A DNA stretch of 64,000 nucleotides from an uncultured Holophagales bacterium (GCA_963842525.1 CAWJGT010000003.1:672001-736000); one strand, 5' to 3'. Shown: positions 8,831 to 19,167, counted from the stretch's first letter. A program made the numbers and translations. Notes: generated from the letters alone by a model not told the origin.

Positions 8831-11050
8831 TTACCGTTGTGGGCGACGTGTCGGGGTGCCTCCCTGGACGGCGTCGCCGGTGACCACCAGGGCGAAGGGC
8901 TGCGGCCCGTTCGGCACGTTGAACGAATGGATGGTCACGATGTAGACGCCGGTCGCCGGGCTGTTGAGCAGCACCTGCTCCAGGGTGTTCCTGCGGTCGG
9001 CGGCGCCGCCGGTGGCCGAGGTGCCGCCGGCGAAGACGTTGCCGCGCCACAGGGTGCCGGTGGGGCCGTTCACCTCCAGGTCGAGGTCGTTGTTGAGGTT
9101 GGGGTTGGCCGCCGGGGTCGACGGGAAGTCGGTCCACGCCAGGGTGGCCTTGAATGGCTCGGCGCTGCTGTTGACGCTGAAGATCCAGCTCTGGGTCTGC
9201 GCGCTTCTGGTGAAGGCGGGGGCGTCGTCCTCGACCCAGAGCTTGCGGGTCTGGCCGGTGAAGAAGAGGGCGTTCTCCAGCAGCACGCGGCCCCAGCCCT
9301 GGCAGTTGGCGGGGATCGCGGTCGTGCCGGTCATGTTGGCGGCCGAATTGACCAGCGTGGCCTTGAGCAGGGCGGCGGACGGGGTGAAGCCGTTGGCGCT
9401 GTTCTCGCTGCCCGTGGGGTACCAGCCTTCGGTGTAGTACTGGCGGATTAGGGCCGTCAGGCCGGCGACGCCGGGCGAGGCCATGCTGGTGCCCGAGCTG
9501 AACTTGGTGCCGCAGTTGTTCGTGGTGACGCTCAGGTCGTTGTTCGCCGAAACGATGCTCGACCCGGGGATGGTGATGTCGGGCTTGATGCGGCCGTCGA
9601 GCGTCGGGCCGCAACTGCTGAACGAGGACATGGAGTTGGCGCTCGTGCCGCGCAGTGTGGAGCCTACCGAGACTCCGTTCTTGTTCGTGGAGGGGCTGCC
9701 GACCGTGCCGGTCCCCGGCCCGGCATTTCCGGCCGCGAAGAAGATCAGGAAGTCCGGGTATTTCCACATGAACTCGTCGACGTCCTGGCTGCCGGCCGAG
9801 TAGTTGTTCTGCACCGCGGCGTTCTCGTTGTCGCCCCAGGAGTTGGTGTGCAGGCGGACGCCCTGGTTGTAGGCCTGCAGGAAGACCGGATTCAGGTCGA
9901 CCACCGGGCAGCCGATACCGGGCAGGTCGCCGCAGTTGTCCACCTGGAAACCGGCGTCCTGGATGACCAGCTTGGCGCCCGGTGCCATGCCGTCGGCCGT
10001 GTCGTGGACCAGCGGGGTGGCGAAGTTGTCGCCGGCCGCGGTGCCGGCCACGTGCGAGCCGTGGTCCTGCGTGTCCCACTCGGTGCCCGCGATTCCGCCG
10101 TTGCAGTCGTTCGACCAGAGGAAGTCGACGGCGATCACTTTGCGCTGGTTGGTGTCGACGACGGTTCCGCCGTTGCAGGCATTGGTGGGCGGCAGGCCGC
10201 GGGCGGGGTCGCGGAACCAGCACATGTCGGCGTCGATGCCGGTATCGACGATGCCGATGACCTGCCCTTCGCCGAAGATCCCCTGGCTGAAGATCGGCGT
10301 GGTCTGGCCGCCGGAGAGGCCTGACTGGCCGACCCAGATGGTGGTGTCGTTCGCCAGCGTCCGCCGCCCCTCGACCTCGATCCAGAAGACGTCGCGCAGG
10401 CGGGCGAGGCTGTCGCGGTGCTGCGCGATCTCCGAAGGGGCCAGGAGGAGCCGGATGCGGGAGAAGCGGGGGCCGCTGGCCTCACCCACGGACGGCCGGA
10501 GGCCGAGGTCGCGGACCTGCTGGACCACCTCGCCGAGGTCTGCATCCGGGAAGACGTGGAGCAGGACCGGGCGCGCCTTGCCCGAGATGAGCCCGCGCGC
10601 CGGGTCCGCCGCCTCGGCGGCCTTGAACGCGGCGGCAGCCCGCGAGATCTTGTAAAAAGGATGATAGGGGCCGGACCAGGTCGCGCCCATCCCGGCCAGC
10701 CGCTTGCCGGTGAGCGAGCCCGCCGGCACCTTCACCAGGTAGGCGTAGTAGGGGAGGTAGGTATAGACCCGCAGGCTCGCCGCCCGCAGCGCCTGCTCCT
10801 GCCGGGCCGTGATCGGGCCGGGGAACTTGACCAGCACGATTTCGTCCTCGACCGTGTCGCCCGGACCGACGCGCAGCGCCTCCGGGATCGCCGGCCGCGG
10901 CCGGCTCGTGTCGATGACGGTCGATTCAAGGGAGATCACAGCCGCCGCCCGCGCTTCCAGGCTCCGCAGCTCCTGCCCCCGGAGGACCGGAGAGAAGAGG
11001 GTGGCAACGCACAGCACCGACAGACTCAGCGCCTGCTTTGAATTGGACAT
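8831..11050 (-). CDS. S8 subtilase (KP-43-like), copy 1; C-terminal domain largely deleted
   Basis: Signal peptide; triad IVDTG / HGSHVAG / GTSMA; FAAGN; QGWGRV; highly similar to 11150..13900; residual last codons at 8783-8820. Confidence 0.92.
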   Translation of the reverse strand: MSNSKQALSLSVLCVATLFSPVLRGQELRSLEARAAAVISLESTVIDTSRPRPAIPEALRVGPGDTVEDEIVLVKFPGPITARQEQALRAASLRVYTYLPYYAYLVKVPAGSLTGKRLAGMGATWSGPYHPFYKISRAAAAFKAAEAADPARGLISGKARPVLLHVFPDADLGEVVQQVRDLGLRPSVGEASGPRFSRIRLLLAPSEIAQHRDSLARLRDVFWIEVEGRRTLANDTTIWVGQSGLSGGQTTPIFSQGIFGEGQVIGIVDTGIDADMCWFRDPARGLPPTNACNGGTVVDTNQRKVIAVDFLWSNDCNGGIAGTEWDTQDHGSHVAGTAAGDNFATPLVHDTADGMAPGAKLVIQDAGFQVDNCGDLPGIGCPVVDLNPVFLQAYNQGVRLHTNSWGDNENAAVQNNYSAGSQDVDEFMWKYPDFLIFFAAGNAGPGTGTVGSPSTNKNGVSVGSTLRGTSANSMSSFSSCGPTLDGRIKPDITIPGSSIVSANNDLSVTTNNCGTKFSSGTSMASPGVAGLTALIRQYYTEGWYPTGSENSANGFTPSAALLKATLVNSAANMTGTTAIPANCQGWGRVLLENALFFTGQTRKLWVEDDAPAFTRSAQTQSWIFSVNSSAEPFKATLAWTDFPSTPAANPNLNNDLDLEVNGPTGTLWRGNVFAGGTSATGGAADRRNTLEQVLLNSPATGVYIVTIHSFNVPNGPQPFALVVTGDAVQGGTPTRRPQR

Positions 11051-11149
11051 CCTGTCCTCCATACTGCCCGGCGGACCATGCGGTCTTCATCACCACCAAC
11101 CATATCGCGATGGCCTACCGGTATGGCGATGCCGCGCTGGCCTCTGTGC

Positions 11150-13900
11150 TCAATTCTGCTGCACGATCCTCACGTCATCCACTGCTGCTTCGACCAGGCT
11201 GGCCGTGCTCGCGTCCGCGGCCTCGATGCGGATGCGCACGGTCTGGCCCGCGAAGGCGGTGATGTTGGCCGAGCCGGTGGTCCAGACGGCGTCCACGTCG
11301 GTGGCCGCGCCCAGCCTTTCGAGCACGGTCGAGGTGGTTGTCCCGACCACCCGGATGCGCAGGAAGTCGGCGCTGGACGAGTTATTGCCGTGGGCGAGGT
11401 AGTAGGAGAAGGACAGGGTGAGCGTACCGGTCGCGGGCAGGGTGATGGCCGGCGATTGGATGGTGGTCGTGCCGCCGTCGATGTCGTTGGCCCCGGCTGA
11501 CGAGCCCGCGAGGCGGGCGGTCACCAGGTCGTTGACGCCGCTCACGGTGGTGCCAAGCTGTTTGGGGCCGCTCGAATCGGTCGCCTGCGGATCGCCCCGC
11601 TCCCAGAGCCCGAGGGTCGCCGTATCGGTCCCCAAGGGATTGACTGTCCAGCCCAGGCTTGTTTCGAAGTTGTCGAAGAAGACGGTGACAGGCGGCGGTG
11701 GCGGGGTGCCTCCCTGGACGGCGTCGCCGGTGACCACCAGCGCAAAGGGCTGCGGCCCGCTCGGCACGTTGAACGAACGGATGGTCACCGTATAGACGCC
11801 GGTCGCCGGGCTGTTGAGCAGTACCTGCTCCAGGGTGTTTCTGCGGTCGGCGGTGCCGCCGGTGGCCGAGGCGCCGCCGGTGAAGACGTTGCCGCGCCAG
11901 AGGGTGCCGGTGGGGCCGGTCACTTCCAGGTCGAGGTCGTTGTTGAGGTTGGGATTGGCTGCCGGCGTCGACGGGAAGTCGGTCCACGCCAGGGTGGCCT
12001 TGAACGGCTCGGTGCTGCTGCTCACGCTGAACGTCCAGCTCTGTGTCTGCGCGCTGGCGGTGAAGGCGGGCGCGTCGTCCTTGGCCCAGAGCTTGCGCGT
12101 CTGGCCGGTGAAGAAGAGGGCGTTCTCCAGCAGTACCCGGCCCCAGCCCTGGCAGTTGGCCGGGATCGCGGTCGTGCCGGTCATGTTGGCGGCCGAGTTG
12201 ATCAAGGTGGCTTTCAGCAGGGCGGCGGACGGGGTGAAGCCGTTGGCGCTGTTCTCGCTCCCCGTGGGATACCAGCCTTCGGTGTAGTACTGGCGGATCA
12301 GCGCCGTCAGGCCGGCGGCGCCGGGGGAGGCCATGCTGGTCCCCGAGCTGGACTTGGTGCCGCAGTTGTTCGTCGTGACGTTCAGGTCGTTGTTCGCCGA
12401 GACGATGCTGGAGCCGGGGACGGTGACGTCGGGCTTGATGCGGCCGTCGAGCGTCGGGCCGCAACTGCTGAACGAGGACATGGAATTGGCGCTCGTACCG
12501 AGCAGGGTGGAGCCCACCGAGACGCCGTTCTTGGCCGTGGAGGGGCTCCCGACCGTGCCGGTCCCCGGACCGGCGTTGCCGGCCGCGAAGAAGATCAGGA
12601 AGTCCTTGTGGTTCCACATGAACTCGTCGACGTCCTGGCTGCCGGCCGAGTAGTTGTTCTGCACCGCGGCGTTTTCGTTGTCGCCCCAGGAATTGGTGTG
12701 CAGGCGGGCGCCCTGCGTGTAGGCCTGCTGGAAGATCGGGTTCAGGTCGACCACGGGGCAGCCGATGCCGGGCAGGTCGCCGCAGTTGTCGACTTGATAG
12801 CCGGCGTCCTGGATGACCAGCTTCGCGCCCGGCGCCATGCCGTCCGCCGTGTCGTGGACCAGCGGGGTGGCGAAGTTGTCGCCGGCCGCGGTGCCGGCCA
12901 CGTGGGAGCCGTGGTCCTGCGTGTCCCACTCGGTGCTCGCGATCCCGCCGCTGCACTCGCTCGACCAGAGGAAGTCGACGGCGATCACCTTGCGCTGGTT
13001 GGTGTCGACCACCGTCCCGCCATTGCAGGCGTTGGTGGGCGGCAGGCCGCGGGCCGGGTCGCGGAACCAGCACATATCGGCGTCGATGCCGGTGTCGATC
13101 ACGCCGATGGTCTGCCCTTCGCCGAAGATCCCCTGGCTGAAGATCGGCGTGGTCTGGCCGCCCGAAAGGCCCGACTGGCCGACCCAGACGGTGGTGTCGT
13201 TCGCCAGCGTCCGCCGGCCCTCGACCTCGATCCAGAAGACGTCGCGCAGGCGGGCGAGGTCGTCGCGGTGCCGTGCGATCTCCGGAGGGGTGAGGAGGAG
13301 CCGGATGCGGGAGAAGCGGGAGCCGCGGGCCTTGCCCAGGGATGCCCGGAGGCCGAGGTCGCGGACCTGCTGCACCACCTCGCCGAGGTCTGCGTCCGGG
13401 AAGACGTGGAGCAGGACCGGACGCGCCTTGCCCGCGGCGAGCTCGCGCGCCGGGTCCGCCGCCTCGGTAGCCTCGAATGCCGCGGCGGCGCGGGAGATTT
13501 TGTAAAAAGGATGGTAGGGGCCGGACCAGGCCGCGCCCATCCCGGCCAGCCGCTTCCCCGTGAGCGATCCTGCCGGCACCTTCACCAGGTAGGCGTAGTA
13601 GGGGAGATAGGTATAGACCCGCAGGCTCGCCGCCCGCAGCGCCCGTTCCTGCCGGGCCGTGATCGGGCCGGGGAACTTGACCAGCACGACCTCGTCCTCG
13701 ACGGTGTCTCCCGGGCCGACGCGCAGCGCCTCCGGGATGGCCGGCTGCGGCCGGCTCGTGTCGATGACGGTTGATTCAAGAGAAATCACCACCGCCGCCC
13801 GTGCCTCCAGGCTCCGCAGCTCCTGGCCCCGGAGAGCCGGAGAGAGGAGGGTGGCAATGCACAGCAACAACAGATTCGACACCTGCTTTGAATTGGGCAT
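11150..13900 (-). CDS. S8 subtilase (KP-43-like), copy 2, with an extra C-terminal beta-sandwich (MAM-like) domain
   Basis: GGAGG RBS before MPNSKQ; triad VIDTG / HGSHVAG / GTSMA; Pro linker then FFDNFE...VEAAVDDVRI domain. Confidence 0.94.
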   Translation of the reverse strand: MPNSKQVSNLLLLCIATLLSPALRGQELRSLEARAAVVISLESTVIDTSRPQPAIPEALRVGPGDTVEDEVVLVKFPGPITARQERALRAASLRVYTYLPYYAYLVKVPAGSLTGKRLAGMGAAWSGPYHPFYKISRAAAAFEATEAADPARELAAGKARPVLLHVFPDADLGEVVQQVRDLGLRASLGKARGSRFSRIRLLLTPPEIARHRDDLARLRDVFWIEVEGRRTLANDTTVWVGQSGLSGGQTTPIFSQGIFGEGQTIGVIDTGIDADMCWFRDPARGLPPTNACNGGTVVDTNQRKVIAVDFLWSSECSGGIASTEWDTQDHGSHVAGTAAGDNFATPLVHDTADGMAPGAKLVIQDAGYQVDNCGDLPGIGCPVVDLNPIFQQAYTQGARLHTNSWGDNENAAVQNNYSAGSQDVDEFMWNHKDFLIFFAAGNAGPGTGTVGSPSTAKNGVSVGSTLLGTSANSMSSFSSCGPTLDGRIKPDVTVPGSSIVSANNDLNVTTNNCGTKSSSGTSMASPGAAGLTALIRQYYTEGWYPTGSENSANGFTPSAALLKATLINSAANMTGTTAIPANCQGWGRVLLENALFFTGQTRKLWAKDDAPAFTASAQTQSWTFSVSSSTEPFKATLAWTDFPSTPAANPNLNNDLDLEVTGPTGTLWRGNVFTGGASATGGTADRRNTLEQVLLNSPATGVYTVTIRSFNVPSGPQPFALVVTGDAVQGGTPPPPPVTVFFDNFETSLGWTVNPLGTDTATLGLWERGDPQATDSSGPKQLGTTVSGVNDLVTARLAGSSAGANDIDGGTTTIQSPAITLPATGTLTLSFSYYLAHGNNSSSADFLRIRVVGTTTSTVLERLGAATDVDAVWTTGSANITAFAGQTVRIRIEAADASTASLVEAAVDDVRIVQQN

Positions 13901-13993
13901 CCTGTCCTCCAGGGATGGAAGAAGAGCTGCGCGCTCCCTGTAAAAAGGGGTGCCCGAGGGCCGGTTGCGCGCGCCGGTCGCCTGTAGGACAGT

Positions 13994-14009
13994 TGGCCTC
14001 GTCTTTGCA
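13994..14009 (+). promoter_or_regulatory. sigma54 -24/-12 promoter
   Basis: TGGCCTCGTCTTTGCA (GG-N10-GC), about 30 bp upstream of a small ORF with AAGGAGG RBS. Confidence 0.6.
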
Positions 14010-14038
14010 GAAAGATCCTCCCGAAGGAGGATGGAGAC

Positions 14039-14173
14039 GTGACACGAGAAGCCCAACCCCTGAAGACTCTCCCGAGACCGTTGCTTCCCATCCTCCTCTA
14101 CCTGCTGATTTCCCTGGCCGGGACTCCGGATCTCTCCCGCCTCACGGCCCTGGTCTCCACCCTCATTCCCTGA
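14039..14173 (+). CDS. Putative 44-aa hydrophobic small protein (not in the ORF track)
   Basis: AAGGAGG 8 nt before GTG; MTREAQPLKTLPRPLLPILLYLLISLAGTPDLSRLTALVSTLIP-stop. Confidence 0.55.
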   Translation: MTREAQPLKTLPRPLLPILLYLLISLAGTPDLSRLTALVSTLIP

Positions 14174-14206
14174 ACGAACGCGCAAGCACTGCGTCGTCGA
14201 GCCGCG

Positions 14207-14235
14207 TTGACGCCTCGCCGTCTAAACGGTAGAGT
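14207..14235 (+). promoter_or_regulatory. sigma70-type promoter
   Basis: TTGACG-17 bp-TAGAGT. Confidence 0.6.
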
Positions 14236-14266
14236 CCGCGGGAATCTCGGCGGTACGAACCTCTCG

Positions 14267-15101
14267 ATGGGCGAGCGTTTCTCGCTGGGTCTTCCCTGTC
14301 TGCATGACGTGGATGGAGGTCTCCTGACCAGACTTCGCTCGCGATCCGTGGCCTCGAGATGGGCGGTTTTCATCCTCCTCGGGCTTTTTGCTGCTTGCTC
14401 CCGGGCCGCCTGGGGGGAGGAGACCCCTCCGTCCGACTGGACGATCGACAACTTCCGTTGGACCGGACCCCTTGCGCCGGAGTCTCGCGTGCGAGTGCTC
14501 AATCCCTACGGCGACGTACGCCTGCGCGCCTCGGACGCCGGCGAGGTGGAGGTCTCGGCGATGATCCAGCGGCGGACGAGCGATCCCGTGAAGGCCGAGG
14601 TGCAGATCGGCCGGCGTCGCGGCCGCCTGACGATCGAGGTGGTCTATCCCGCTGCGCCGCGCGGCGATCTCCACCGGGTCGATATCGCGGTCTTCGTCCC
14701 TGCCGGGGCGCAGGTGGCCGTGCGCACCCGGGACGGGATGATCCAGGCGCGTGGCCTGGCGAACGACGTCGAGCTGGAGAGCTTCCGGCGGCAACGTCTT
14801 CCTCTCGACCTCCGGGACGGCAAAGGTCTCTGCCGGCCGGGGAAACATCGCGGCCGATCTGCGGCGTAACGGCCGCGCCTCCCGGCTCCATACCCGGGAG
14901 GGCGACATCACTCTGCGACTCCCGGAGGACGCCGACGCCCGGGTGCGGATCCACGCGGCGGACGGGATCTCTGTCCGCCGGACCGCGCACATCGACCGCC
15001 GGGGCTCCCGCGCGGCGGTCGTCACCCTGGGGGACGGTCATCATCCCCTGTCACTGAAAGCTCGGCGGGGAGAGGTCACCCTCCTCGCTACCCATCCCTG
15101 A
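14267..15101 (+). CDS. DUF4097-like (putative adhesin) beta-strand repeat protein; frameshift near 14785; start uncertain
   Basis: VRVLNPYGDVRLRA, VFVPAGAQVAVRTRDGMI, and repeated SGGNV/GRGNI/REGDI strands across ORFs 14207..14869 and 14751..15101. Confidence 0.72.
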
Positions 15102-15125
15102 CCGACCTGGTTCGAGGAAAACCCC

Positions 15126-18100
15126 ATGCGCCCGATGACCCGTGCCCTGACCTCGATGCTCGTCGCGGCCCTGCTGACCGTTGGCGGCGGCGCCGCCTTT
15201 GCGGCGGAGAAGATCACTTTGCGGGGTGCCGAGCCGCTCGATCCCGCGTATCCGACAGCCTTCAACGGCGACCTGCGCGATTTGCCGCGTTTGCCCGCAT
15301 GGAAGCCCGGCGATCCGATCAAGGAGATCCCGCGGCGCCATCATCACGACGCGGAGATCACCCCGCCCCCGGCCGAGCCGCAGATCGATCCGCTGCTGGC
15401 AGTGCAGGCGAGGGCCCGGAGCAACCGGGCTCTGGGCCCGCCGATCCTGAATTTCGCCGGCCAGGGGTTCACCGGGGTCAACCCTCCGGACACGGTGGGT
15501 GACGTGGGCCTCGATCATTACGTCCAGATGATCAACAGCGCGGGTGGCGCGGTGATGACCATCTACAACAAGTCGGACGGCAGCGTGGCCGCCGGTCCCA
15601 CCGCGCTCGACTCGCTGGGCACGGGCGCCTGCGCCGACGGGCTGGGCGATCCGGTCGTCCTGTACGACCAGCTCGCCGACCGCTGGTTCCTCAGCGAGTT
15701 CAGCGATGCGGCCAACGCGCTCTGCGTCTACATCTCCCAGACCAGTGATCCGATCAGCGGAGGCTGGTTCGCCTATCAGTTCAACACGCCCGGTTTCCCG
15801 GACTATCCCAAATACGGAGTCTGGCCGGACGCGTACTACGCCTCGACCAATGAAGCCAGCCCGGCGGCCTATGCTTTCGATCGGGCGCAGATGCTCGTGG
15901 GCGGCGTCGCGACGGCCCAGCGTTTCACGGCTCCCGACCTTGCGGCCTTCCCCTTCCAGGCGCTGATCCCGGCCGACGCGGATGGCGAGACCCCGCCTCC
16001 GGCCGGTGCGCCCAACCCCTTCATGCGCCACCGTGACGACGAGGCCCACAACCCGCCAGGCACGGCTCAGGACTTCCTGGAGATCTGGGAGTTCCACGTC
16101 GATTTCGCCACTCCCGCGAATTCCACCTTCACGGGCCCGACCAACATCCCGGTCACCCAGTTCGATTCCGAGCTCTGCGGCTTTGTCTCTTTCAACTGTT
16201 TCCCGCAGCCGAGCGGCCCCACCCTCGATCCTCTGCGCGAAGTCGTCATGCACCGGCTGCAATACCGCAACTTCGGAACGCACCAGGCCCTCATCAGCAA
16301 CCTGGTGACCGACGTGGACGGGACGAACCATGGCGGTGTCCGGTGGTTCGAGCTGCGCAATACCGGCTCTGGCTGGGGCGTGCACCAGGAAGGCACCTTC
16401 GCGCCCGACATCCACCACCGCTGGATGGCGAGCGCTGCCATGGACGGCTCCGGCAACATCGGGGTCGGCTACAGCGTCTCGAGCACGACCCTTTTCCCCA
16501 GCATCCGCTTTGCCGCCCGCCAGGCCGGCGATCCGCTCGGCACTCTGCAGGGCGAGGTCTCGGTGATCGCCGGCTCGGCCGCGAACTCGAGCAACCGGTG
16601 GGGCGACTACGCGTCGTTGAACGTCGATCCGGTGGACGACCGCACCTTCTGGCTCACCACCATGTACTCGCCGGCGAGCTCCTGGGCGACCCGCATCGCC
16701 ACGTTCCAGCTCTGCGACCCGCCCGGCGTACCGGATATCGTCAGCGCCACGGCGGCGGCGGACAACCGCATCGACGTCACCTGGACCGATGGCACCCCGT
16801 CGTCGGACAGCTTCAACGTCTATCGGGCCGATGGAACCTGCGCCGCGCCCGGTCCCTTCGTCAAGATCGCCGACGCGGTGCCTGGCTTCATCTATCAGGA
16901 CCTGACGGTCTCCGGCGGCTCCACCTACGCCTACCGGGTGACCGGCCTCCTGAATCTGTGTGAGAGCGGCCAGTCGGACTGCGTCGAGGCCACCGCGACC
17001 GGTGACTGTACTCTGGGTCCGCTCTTCGCGGGGCTCCAGGCGGTGACCAACGCCGCGAGCTCGACCTGCACGCTCGACCTCTCATGGACCGCGGCGACCT
17101 CCCGTTGCGGCGCTGGGGTTACCTATAACGTCTATCGCAGCACCTCGCCCGGCTTCACGCCGGGGCCGGGGAACCAGATCGCCACCGGCGTTACCGGGAC
17201 GACCTACCAGGACCTCAGCCCGCTGAACAACGCCCAGACCTACTACTACGTCGTGCGCGCCGTCGACACGTTGAACAGCGTCGAGGAGACCAACACGGTC
17301 GAGAAGAGCAGCGCTCCGACGGGTCCTTTCGCCCCGGCGGCGCTGAGCGACACGTTCGAAGGCGCGCAGTCGGGCGGCGGCTTCGACCTCCCGGGCTGGA
17401 GCCACAGCGCCCTGGTGGGCGCGGTCGACTGGGTCTGGTCCACGCTCCAGTCGAACACCCCGACCCATTCCTGGTTCTCCGACAGCGAGAGCGTGGTTTC
17501 GGCCCGCGGCCTGGTGTCTCCCGAGTTCCACGTCGTGTCCGGCTCGACGCTGACCTTCCGGCACACGTTTGCGTTCGAGGGCAGCGTCGCGAATTGCTTT
17601 GACGCCGGCACCCTCGAGATCACGACCAACGGCGGGCAGACCTGGACCGTGGTGCCGGACGCTGCATTCACCGCCGGTGGCTTCAACGGCACGGTCAATA
17701 CCTGCTGCGACAACCCCATCGAGGGCAAGCGGGCATGGTGCTCCGGGACCATCGGAGCGATGACCCAGGTCACCGTCAACCTCTCCACCTTCGCCGGCCA
17801 GACGGCGCGCCTGCGCTGGCATGCGGGGGACGACTTCTCCATCCAGGTCACCGGCTGGTTCGTCGATACGGTCAACCTGACGAATGTCGAGCTGCCGACC
17901 ACCTGCACGCCGGCGGCGCCGCCGGCGCCGCTCTCGTTCTACACCCTGACCCCCTGCCGGCTGGTCGATACGCGCACCGCCGACCTTCCGGCTCTCCAGC
18001 CTTCGGCATCGCGCAACTTCACCCTGCACGGGCTCTGCAGCGTGCCGGCGACCGCCAAGGCGCTCTCGGTGAACCTCGCCGTCACCCAGGGCACCGCGGC

Positions 18101-18287
18101 CGGGCATCTGGTCCTGTACCCGACCGGCACCAGCACACCGCCGACCACCTCGATCAACTTTGTGGCCGGTCAGACGCGGGCGAACAACGCCGTCGTCTCG
18201 CTGGACGGCACGGGTCAGCTCACGGTCCTCAACGGCTCCGCCGGCACCGTGCACTTCATCCTGGACGTGAACGGGTACTTCGAGTGA
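15126..18287 (+). CDS. Large secreted protein: uncharacterised N-terminal domain, two FN3-like domains, MAM/immune-inhibitor-like domain, C-terminal TPCRLxDTR...DVNGYF module
   Basis: Signal peptide; PPDTVGDVG, DPVVLYDQLADRW, DYPKYGVW, RWGDY motifs; YNVYRS/YYYVVRA FN3 signatures; intact 1053-aa ORF with GC3-rich codons. Confidence 0.85.
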   Translation: MRPMTRALTSMLVAALLTVGGGAAFAAEKITLRGAEPLDPAYPTAFNGDLRDLPRLPAWKPGDPIKEIPRRHHHDAEITPPPAEPQIDPLLAVQARARSNRALGPPILNFAGQGFTGVNPPDTVGDVGLDHYVQMINSAGGAVMTIYNKSDGSVAAGPTALDSLGTGACADGLGDPVVLYDQLADRWFLSEFSDAANALCVYISQTSDPISGGWFAYQFNTPGFPDYPKYGVWPDAYYASTNEASPAAYAFDRAQMLVGGVATAQRFTAPDLAAFPFQALIPADADGETPPPAGAPNPFMRHRDDEAHNPPGTAQDFLEIWEFHVDFATPANSTFTGPTNIPVTQFDSELCGFVSFNCFPQPSGPTLDPLREVVMHRLQYRNFGTHQALISNLVTDVDGTNHGGVRWFELRNTGSGWGVHQEGTFAPDIHHRWMASAAMDGSGNIGVGYSVSSTTLFPSIRFAARQAGDPLGTLQGEVSVIAGSAANSSNRWGDYASLNVDPVDDRTFWLTTMYSPASSWATRIATFQLCDPPGVPDIVSATAAADNRIDVTWTDGTPSSDSFNVYRADGTCAAPGPFVKIADAVPGFIYQDLTVSGGSTYAYRVTGLLNLCESGQSDCVEATATGDCTLGPLFAGLQAVTNAASSTCTLDLSWTAATSRCGAGVTYNVYRSTSPGFTPGPGNQIATGVTGTTYQDLSPLNNAQTYYYVVRAVDTLNSVEETNTVEKSSAPTGPFAPAALSDTFEGAQSGGGFDLPGWSHSALVGAVDWVWSTLQSNTPTHSWFSDSESVVSARGLVSPEFHVVSGSTLTFRHTFAFEGSVANCFDAGTLEITTNGGQTWTVVPDAAFTAGGFNGTVNTCCDNPIEGKRAWCSGTIGAMTQVTVNLSTFAGQTARLRWHAGDDFSIQVTGWFVDTVNLTNVELPTTCTPAAPPAPLSFYTLTPCRLVDTRTADLPALQPSASRNFTLHGLCSVPATAKALSVNLAVTQGTAAGHLVLYPTGTSTPPTTSINFVAGQTRANNAVVSLDGTGQLTVLNGSAGTVHFILDVNGYFE

Positions 18288-18323
18288 TTGACGGCGGCCC
18301 GGGTTTTCGGTTAGAGTAGCTTG

Positions 18324-18736
18324 CAGCCCGGAAGGGACGTGTGGCAGCACGGTTCTTCACAAAGACGGGCTACTTCGCGGTGTCAGGAGTGGGGGCCGGT
18401 CTCCGGCCCCTGCTCTCTTTCTGGCCGAGCCCTTCTCCCTTCACTTGCAGCCCTCCCCCTGATCCGTCAGGATTCGATCCATGCGGCTGATCCAGATCGC
18501 GGTGGGGAGCCCCAATGCCAATGTCGGGGCCGTGCGCTCGAACGTCGACCGGATGCTCGCGATGGCGCGGGAGATGGCGGCGGCCGGGGTAACGTTGGGG
18601 GCCTTCACCGAGCAGTGTGTCGGCGGGTATCCGCCCGAGGACCTGATCCAGTGGCGCGCCTTCGTGGATGCGCAGGGGCGGGAGCTCGAGCGCTTCGCAG
18701 CCGAGACCGCGGCGCTGCCCACGGTCTTCGTGGCCG
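18324..18736 (+). repeat. 413-bp direct repeat, copy 1 (nadE leader plus 5' end)
   Basis: Nearly identical to 23566..23978 (about four substitutions seen). Confidence 0.95.
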
Positions 18737-18753
18737 CCGGAGGGCAGCTTTGA
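18481..18753 (+). pseudogene. nadE: Truncated duplicate of the nadE 5' end
   Basis: First ~85 aa identical to 23723..25666, then diverges and stops. Confidence 0.9.
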
Positions 18754-18756
18754 AAA

Positions 18757-18925
18757 AACGGCGGCCATGCGCGGCGACAAGCTCTTCACAGGCAAAGCGC
18801 AGTGCGGCACATGCCACGGGCGAAGGAAGCCGGCGCGGAGGCGCCAAGCTCCCCCTTTCCGATCGTCGGCGTCTCGGCCGGCGGGGCTCGAGGCCTTTCA
18901 CGCAGATGCTCGGCGCGTCGCCGGC
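18757..18925 (+). pseudogene. Mosaic remnant: cytochrome c-type fragment fused to a degenerate copy of the cheB 5' region
   Basis: AAMRGDKLFTGKAQCGTCH (CxxCH), then EAGAEAPSSPFPIVGVSAGG resembling 19396-19497. Confidence 0.6.
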
Positions 18926-19167
18926 TAGGCGCACTTCTCGTTCAGAAACCACGTCACCGGCTTCTCGTACAGCTCCGCAAAACGGCAAAGCTCGACGGGA
19001 TCGATCCGGCGATCCCCGGTCTCGACCTTGCTGACGAACGATTGCAGCCGCCCGAACTCGTCGGCGACCTCATCCTGCGTCAGTCCGGATTTCTCGCGAG
19101 CCTCCCGGAGACGTTCGACCATGGTCTGATATTCAACCTGATGTTCAAGGGAATTGATCGGGCTCAT
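18925..19167 (-). CDS. XRE-family helix-turn-helix protein
   Basis: RLREAREKSGLTQDEVADEFGRLQSFVSKVETGDRRIDPVEL. Confidence 0.88.
   Translation of the reverse strand: MSPINSLEHQVEYQTMVERLREAREKSGLTQDEVADEFGRLQSFVSKVETGDRRIDPVELCRFAELYEKPVTWFLNEKCA

Noticed and set aside
13901-14185. 95-aa N-terminal extension of S8 copy 2
   Set aside because: The RBS, signal peptide and paralog alignment place the start at 13900; the extension overlaps a plus-strand promoter and small ORF.
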